Program-made: the position numbers and the translations under genes
The notes under the pieces: generated by a model
Told to the model about the DNA's origin: nothing
Database searches by the model: none
Seen by the model: only the letters and a program-made list of their open reading frames with translations
Shown: positions 58,527-64,000 of the stretch, piece by piece
How the letters are laid out: every line of letters begins with the position of its first letter
Numbering within the stretch: the first letter of the stretch is position 1
NCBI GenBank assembly: GCA_964342265.1
Contig: CAYFFE010000001.1
Coordinates: 4,362-68,361 of the forward strand
Source: an uncultured Cellvibrionaceae bacterium
Lineage (GTDB): Bacteria > Pseudomonadota > Gammaproteobacteria > Pseudomonadales > Cellvibrionaceae
DNA length: 64,000 bases
Direction: 5' to 3'

Positions 58527-58661
58527 GCTCGGCAATGTTCGAAATCACGTCGCGACAATGGATTTGTTTCCAGGCGAGGGCAAACCCCTTACACTAAGCG
58601 CCAGTTATTGAACAAATGAACGGTATCGACTTGAGTCATACCGAATTTAAGGATTTTATGT

Positions 58662-59054
58662 ATGTCTGACTCCACATCGTGGCTCGACGAAGTGCGCTGG
58701 ACCAGCGATGGGTTGGTACCGGCCATTGCGCAAGACGCCGATTCGGGTCGACTGTTGATGATGGCCTGGATGAACCGCGAGGCATTGGCTCTCACCGCCG
58801 AGAAAAAACAAGCGGTTTACTATTCCCGCTCGCGCCAGCAACTCTGGCACAAAGGCGAAAGCTCTGGCCATCAGCAAGAAGTCGTCGATCTGCGCATCGA
58901 CTGTGACGCTGACGTCATCTTACTAACAGTTAAGCAAAAAGGTGGAATTGCCTGTCATACTGGGCGTGAGTCTTGCTTTTATCGTCGCCTAGATCAGGGC
59001 CAGTGGCAGACGGTAGATCCAGTCATTAAAAATCCGGAAGATATTTACGGCTAG
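58662..59054 (+). CDS. hisI: Phosphoribosyl-AMP cyclohydrolase
   Basis: [28 protein letters not shown]. Confidence 0.97.
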   Translation: MSDSTSWLDEVRWTSDGLVPAIAQDADSGRLLMMAWMNREALALTAEKKQAVYYSRSRQQLWHKGESSGHQQEVVDLRIDCDADVILLTVKQKGGIACHTGRESCFYRRLDQGQWQTVDPVIKNPEDIYG

Positions 59055-59089
59055 CGTCGCGGCTGGTCATTAACGGCTAGGAATTAACC

Positions 59090-59422
59090 ATGAGCGATGT
59101 GTTAAATCAGTTAACCGCTATCATCCAAGCGCGCATGGCCGAGAGCAACCCAGACAGCTCCTACGTGGCAAGTCTGCACGCGAAAGGCTTAAATAAAATA
59201 TTAGAAAAGGTCTCGGAAGAATGTGCCGAGACGCTGCTGGCGGCTAAAGATGCGCAAACCAGTGGCGAGACTCAAGATTTGATTTACGAGACGGCCGATC
59301 TCTGGTTTCACAGCTTGGTGATGCTGGCGCATATGGGCGTCGACACCGACCAAGTATTGGCGGAATTGGCGCGTCGTTTTGATATGTCTGGCCTGGCCGA
59401 AAAAGCCGCGCGGGGCAAATAG
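59090..59422 (+). CDS. hisE: Phosphoribosyl-ATP diphosphatase
   Basis: [27 protein letters not shown]. Confidence 0.97.
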   Translation: MSDVLNQLTAIIQARMAESNPDSSYVASLHAKGLNKILEKVSEECAETLLAAKDAQTSGETQDLIYETADLWFHSLVMLAHMGVDTDQVLAELARRFDMSGLAEKAARGK

Positions 59423-59502
59423 TCGGCTCCGAGCAAATCGGAGCGAGCAACAGTTTTTGTCGCGTGCTTACGGCTTGCGACAGTTATGAAAGGAGAGTTG
59501 AC

Positions 59503-59739
59503 GTGATCGGTGGCATAAGTATTTGGCAGCTATTAATTATCCTCGCCATTGTGGTGTTGTTGTTTGGAACCAAGCGCCTGCGCAGTATCGGCGGTGATTT
59601 GGGCGGCGCCATAAAAGGCTTTAAAAAAGCCATGGATGAAGACAAAGACGACGATAAAGATCAGCCTGCTAAAAAAGTCGAACACTCTGAGTCTGACGCG
59701 CCCGAAAAAACCGCGGAAGAAAAGCAATCCACCCACTAA
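59503..59739 (+). CDS. tatA: Twin-arginine translocase subunit A
   Basis: [23 protein letters not shown]; GTG start after AGGAG. Confidence 0.96.
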   Translation: MIGGISIWQLLIILAIVVLLFGTKRLRSIGGDLGGAIKGFKKAMDEDKDDDKDQPAKKVEHSESDAPEKTAEEKQSTH

Positions 59740-59759
59740 CGATTGTTTAGGAGCACTGG

Positions 59760-60425
59760 GTGTTCGATATCGGCTTTTTTGAAATCATGGTCATTGCTGT
59801 GGTGGGTTTGTTGGTCATCGGTCCCGAGCGCCTGCCCGAAACCTTGCGCACGCTGGCACTGTTAGCCGGGCGTGTTAAGCGCGGTTTGCGCGATACTCGC
59901 CAGGAGTTGGAAAAGCAAATTGGTGCCGATGAAATTCGCCGGCAATTGCACAACGAAGAAATTCTGGCACGCGTGGAAAAAACCCGACGGCAAATTAACG
60001 AGGGCATCGATCTGCCGCGCCAGCTCGGGCAGAGTGTATTAGACGATTACGAAGAGCCGCAAAGCCACCAATTTGGCACACACGAGCCGGGTGGCGATCG
60101 ACAAAAGCCCACGCAGCGCTTTGAGCCCTCCAATATCGATCCCGATATCGGCTCTCACGACGGTCACCAAAGCTCGGATATGCAATCCGCCGATCACCAA
60201 AGTATTGATAACCAAGGTATTGATAACCAAGCTATTGATCGCAAAAATACCGAGCACGCAGCTGTCGAACATCAGGCCGTGGGCCATCACACCGATCAGC
60301 AATACGATGCTCACCCTCAGCACAATGCTGAACCCAGCGAGCCCAGTGCCAACGATCATCACGAACCGCTGCCTGACCCCGATTCACCGGAACCCGCACC
60401 CACAGACACCTCAAAAACTTCATGA
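59760..60425 (+). CDS. tatB: Twin-arginine translocase subunit B
   Basis: MFDIGF.E, GPERLP. Confidence 0.96.
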   Translation: MFDIGFFEIMVIAVVGLLVIGPERLPETLRTLALLAGRVKRGLRDTRQELEKQIGADEIRRQLHNEEILARVEKTRRQINEGIDLPRQLGQSVLDDYEEPQSHQFGTHEPGGDRQKPTQRFEPSNIDPDIGSHDGHQSSDMQSADHQSIDNQGIDNQAIDRKNTEHAAVEHQAVGHHTDQQYDAHPQHNAEPSEPSANDHHEPLPDPDSPEPAPTDTSKTS

Positions 60426-61228
60426 AAGCGTCCAAAACTGGCACTGATACCGAGCAGCCGTTGGTTGCTCATTTAATTGAGCTGCGCGATCGCCTGTTAC
60501 GCGCCATTTTGGCGGTGGCTTTGGTGGTTGTGGTGATTTTTGCGCTGGGTTTATCCAACGATATTTACACCTACGTATCGCTGCCGCTGCAAAAGTTTTT
60601 GCCCGAAGGCACCAGCATGATCGCCACGCAGGTGGCCTCGCCGTTTTTAACGCCGTTTAAATTATCGCTGTTTGTCTCGGTATTAATCGCCTTGCCCTAT
60701 TTGCTCTATCAAATCTGGTCGTTCGTAGCGCCGGCGTTATACAAAGAAGAAAAAAACTTAGTGGTACCGTTGCTGATTTCCAGCGTGGTGCTGTTTTATT
60801 TGGGAATGACCTTCGCCTATTTTGTGGTGTTTCCCATTGTGTTTGGCTTTTTTACCTCGGTGGCCCCCGAGGGCATATCGGTGATGACCGATATCGGCAG
60901 CTATTTGGATTTTGTTTTAAAGCTGTTTTTTGCCTTTGGTTGCGCGTTTGAAATTCCCATCGCCACGGTGTTGTTGATTTGGTCCGGCGTTACCGATTCC
61001 AAATCACTGGCGCGTAAACGGCCCTACGTGATTGTGGGGTGTTTTGTGTTGGGCATGTTGCTCACACCGCCGGATGTTATTTCGCAATCCCTGCTGGCGT
61101 TGCCCATGTGGCTGCTGTTTGAAGTGGGTATTTTCTTTGGCCGCTTTGTGGGCCGATCCAAAGCGCGCGATGGCGACAGCGCTGAAGATAACGATTCTGC
61201 GGAAAATAATTCGGCGGATTTGCGCTAA
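60422..61228 (+). CDS. tatC: Twin-arginine translocase subunit C
   Basis: HLIELR.RL, FVAPALY..E, FEIP, TPPD. Confidence 0.97.
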   Translation: MKASKTGTDTEQPLVAHLIELRDRLLRAILAVALVVVVIFALGLSNDIYTYVSLPLQKFLPEGTSMIATQVASPFLTPFKLSLFVSVLIALPYLLYQIWSFVAPALYKEEKNLVVPLLISSVVLFYLGMTFAYFVVFPIVFGFFTSVAPEGISVMTDIGSYLDFVLKLFFAFGCAFEIPIATVLLIWSGVTDSKSLARKRPYVIVGCFVLGMLLTPPDVISQSLLALPMWLLFEVGIFFGRFVGRSKARDGDSAEDNDSAENNSADLR

Positions 61229-61297
61229 CACTAAAGCGTTTTGTTTACCAAAATGCGCCAATAAAAAACGGCAATTTTAGCGCTAGCCGAAAGCTCG

Positions 61298-62419
61298 CTA
61301 GTTAAGCGTAATATCGGTTGGTGCCTGGCCCAAGCTCTCCTGGCGACACAACAATACTTGATCAATTACTCGTTCAAAGCTTGCCACCACTTCTGGGTCG
61401 AATTGGTGGCCGGCATTTTCGCGCAAATAATTTAACGCTTTCGAGACTTTCCAGCTTTCCCGGTAGGGGCGATCGGACGTCAGTGCGTCGAACACATCGC
61501 ACACGGCAACGATGCGACTGTAAAGCGGGATTTCCTCGCCTTTTAAACCGGCGGGATAACCGCTGCCATCCCAGCGCTCGTGATGAGTGCGGGCAATGGT
61601 GGCGGCAATTTGCATGAGTTTGGAGTCGTGAGCGCCCAAAATTTTAGCGCCGATTTCCGGGTGGGTTTTAACCGTTTGCCACTCTTCGTCGTCGAGACCG
61701 CCGCACTTGAGCAAGACCTGATCAGGAATGGCGATTTTGCCCATGTCGTGCATAGGGCTGGCTTGTTGCAGCAACTCGCATTCTTCTTGAGTCAAACCCA
61801 GTTCGCGAGCGACTAAATAAGCGTATTGGCTGATGCGAAATACGTGCGAGCCGGAGTGAGAATCGCGGTATTCGGCGGTTTTGGCGAGGCTGTCGATGAG
61901 TTTGATTTGAGTGCTGTAAAGTTGCTGGGTGCGTTCGAGGACTTTTTCTTCGAGATGGTCTTTCTGTTCGCGCAGTTGGTTGTGCAACATGCGCACTTCC
62001 AAAATATTGCGTACGCGCAACAACACTTCTTCGCGTTTAAACGGCTTACTGATGAAATCTTTTGCCCCAGAAGCCAAACATCGATGATGGGTTTCCAGGC
62101 TGTCGTCGGATGTGAGCACTAAAACTGGCAGGTAATCCTGGGGGTTGTCGTTGCTCAATTGCTGTAAAACGTCGAAACCACTCCAAATGGGCATGTGAAT
62201 ATCGAGAGCGATAAGGTCGTAGTGGTTATTGCGATGCAACGCGCGCACCGCGCCAGGATCGATGGTGGAATCGATGCGATGATAGCCGTCCGAGCGCAGT
62301 ATTTTTTCGATGATGGCAATATTAATAGGATCATCATCGACGACCAGTATTTTGCCTTCGTGGGGCTCTACGGCTGCCGGGCGAAACTCGTCTGTGCTTT
62401 GTTCCGATAAAGACGCCAT
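61298..62419 (-). CDS. Response regulator with HD-GYP cyclic di-GMP phosphodiesterase domain
   Basis: VDDD, LDIHMP, KPF receiver; HDMGK, HHERWDGSGYP, DVFDALTS.RPY. Confidence 0.95.
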   Translation of the reverse strand: MASLSEQSTDEFRPAAVEPHEGKILVVDDDPINIAIIEKILRSDGYHRIDSTIDPGAVRALHRNNHYDLIALDIHMPIWSGFDVLQQLSNDNPQDYLPVLVLTSDDSLETHHRCLASGAKDFISKPFKREEVLLRVRNILEVRMLHNQLREQKDHLEEKVLERTQQLYSTQIKLIDSLAKTAEYRDSHSGSHVFRISQYAYLVARELGLTQEECELLQQASPMHDMGKIAIPDQVLLKCGGLDDEEWQTVKTHPEIGAKILGAHDSKLMQIAATIARTHHERWDGSGYPAGLKGEEIPLYSRIVAVCDVFDALTSDRPYRESWKVSKALNYLRENAGHQFDPEVVASFERVIDQVLLCRQESLGQAPTDITLN

Positions 62420-62675
62420 GTTCTAGCTCGTTGTTTACGCTTTGAGTCAGTCAAAATAATTGTTTAGTGTTTAATATGCCAACGCCTAGTGTTTAAAGTT
62501 TTGCAAATATGCAGCAAAACCCTAGTGCCTGGCTAATACATTATTGGGAATTATTAGATTTATTATTAATTGTGGAAAAATCTTTTAGCGCAGGGTGTTT
62601 TATTCTGGTGCAATTGAAGTTTTTAATCAGCCCCAGTGCTATGCCCGGTTAAAAGACTTATCTTTCCCGAATAAT

Positions 62676-63113
62676 TTAACTTTCTATTATAAAGGTTACG
62701 GGGCCGTCATTTATTAACAAAATTTGCATATCTGCGGCAAAAATTCCGCTGGCGACGGGTTCGTGGCGTTTTTTCACCGTTTGCACAATATAATCGTACA
62801 AATTTTTGGCTTTTTCAGGCGATGCGGCGCGAGAAAACCCAGGACGATTGCCCTTTTTAACTTCGGCGGCCAATGTAAACTGTGAAACTAATAATAAACC
62901 ACCTGTAATATCCTGCACGTTTAAATTCATTTTACCGTCGACATCGGCAAAAATTCTTAATTGCAGTAGTTTCCTGATTAATTGATCAGCATTTTCGGTG
63001 GTGTCTTGTTGTTCAACGCCGATAAAAACCAGCAAACCCTGATCAATTGCCCCCACGGTTTCACCGTCTACGGTGACTGTTGCCTGACGAACTCTTTGAA
63101 TGACAGTTTTCAC
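62676..63113 (-). CDS. dtd: D-aminoacyl-tRNA deacylase
   Basis: QRV..A.V, SQFTL, KGNRPGF, NDGPVT. Confidence 0.97.
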   Translation of the reverse strand: MKTVIQRVRQATVTVDGETVGAIDQGLLVFIGVEQQDTTENADQLIRKLLQLRIFADVDGKMNLNVQDITGGLLLVSQFTLAAEVKKGNRPGFSRAASPEKAKNLYDYIVQTVKKRHEPVASGIFAADMQILLINDGPVTFIIES

Positions 63114-63190
63114 AAATTAACTCTTCGATTTAAATGACCCTTCGGTTAATTAACTTCCGTTATTTAAGCGCGAATTAATTTGGGATTTTT

Positions 63191-64000
63191 TTAATTTTTT
63201 TCCAAGCGCAGCGCAAAATCGCGAGTGGCTCGAACTAACGCATCGACAATACCGGCTTCGCGGCTGGAATGTCCGGCGTCGCGAATTATTTTAAGTGCTG
63301 ATTCCGGCCATTGATCGTACAGTGCCACAGCGTTATCCAATGGGCAGACCATATCGTAGCGGCCGTGAACAATAACGCCGGGAATATCTTTAATGATTTC
63401 CATATTGGCCAGTATTTGATTGCTTTCAATAAACGCGTCGTGCATGAAATAGTGTGTTTCTATTCGCGCCAGCGCGATGGCCACATGCGGCGCGGTAAAA
63501 TTATCCACCAATTCGTGATTGGGTCTTAAACTTGAGCATTGCGCTTCCCATTGCGACCAAGCTTTGGCCGCCCCCATTTGCGCCAATTCATTACTGCTGG
63601 TTAATCGCTGGTAATAGGCCGACAGCAAATTGCCACGCTCGGATTCGGGAATGTGGTTGACAAAGTTTTGCCAGTAATCGGGAAAAATATGCGCCGCGCC
63701 GCCTTGATAAAACCAATCGAAATCTTTTTGTCGGCACAGAAAAATACCGCGCAAAATTAAACCCAAAACACAATTGGGGTGGCTTTGGGCGTACAACAAA
63801 CTCAACGTGCTACCCCAAGATCCGCCAAACAATAGCCATTGATCGACGTTTAAATGTTGGCGCAGGGCTTCCATGTCATCGATCAGCGCTTGTGTATTGT
63901 TGTGCATTAACTCGGCGTAGGGTTTGGATCGGCCAGCGCCGCGTTGATCGAATAAAATAATGCGGTATTTCTCGGGATCAAAAAAGCAGCGATCGGACGC
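63191..64000 (-). CDS. pip: Proline iminopeptidase (partial, 5' end beyond window)
   Basis: FDQRGAGRS, FGGSWGSTL, LRGIFL, GRYD.VCP, AGHS. Confidence 0.95.
   Translation of the reverse strand, partial: ASDRCFFDPEKYRIILFDQRGAGRSKPYAELMHNNTQALIDDMEALRQHLNVDQWLLFGGSWGSTLSLLYAQSHPNCVLGLILRGIFLCRQKDFDWFYQGGAAHIFPDYWQNFVNHIPESERGNLLSAYYQRLTSSNELAQMGAAKAWSQWEAQCSSLRPNHELVDNFTAPHVAIALARIETHYFMHDAFIESNQILANMEIIKDIPGVIVHGRYDMVCPLDNAVALYDQWPESALKIIRDAGHSSREAGIVDALVRATRDFALRLEKN

Overview
This is a mostly core chromosomal segment of a gammaproteobacterium. Gene content and order resemble Pseudomonadales/Cellvibrionales (inference only). Left to right: (1) a truncated secreted protein with a 21-bp tandem repeat; (2) an ApbE flavin transferase joined to the end of a complete type II secretion operon gspC-N; (3) gshA-acpH, a stand-alone fliL-like gene, dsbB-cidA-lrgB-tlyA, uvrD; (4) a split TRAP transporter with trhA, a membrane-anchored lipoyl-domain gene and yciA in between; (5) pstSCAB-phoU behind a multi-repeat Pho box, followed by an AT-rich cassette-like gene with an attC-like remnant; (6) a hydrolase, cytochrome c5, ABC-F yheS, TIGR02444, an AlgP-like nucleoid protein with six AT-hook-like repeats and an acidic tail, an FKBP PPIase, rep, a degenerate GGDEF-EAL protein, typA; (7) a LysR-VOC-GST module bracketed by a palindromic repeat family, an SDR, and an orphan CheX/response-regulator/coiled-coil operon; (8) ubiE-ubiJ-ubiB-hisI-hisE-tatABC, an HD-GYP regulator, dtd and a partial pip. 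I recognised no rRNA, tRNA, CRISPR array, transposase or integrase. The best candidates for new biology are the HMGA-like AlgP variant, the T2SS-ApbE linkage and the kinase-less CheX module. All calls come from reading motifs by eye; no database search was run.
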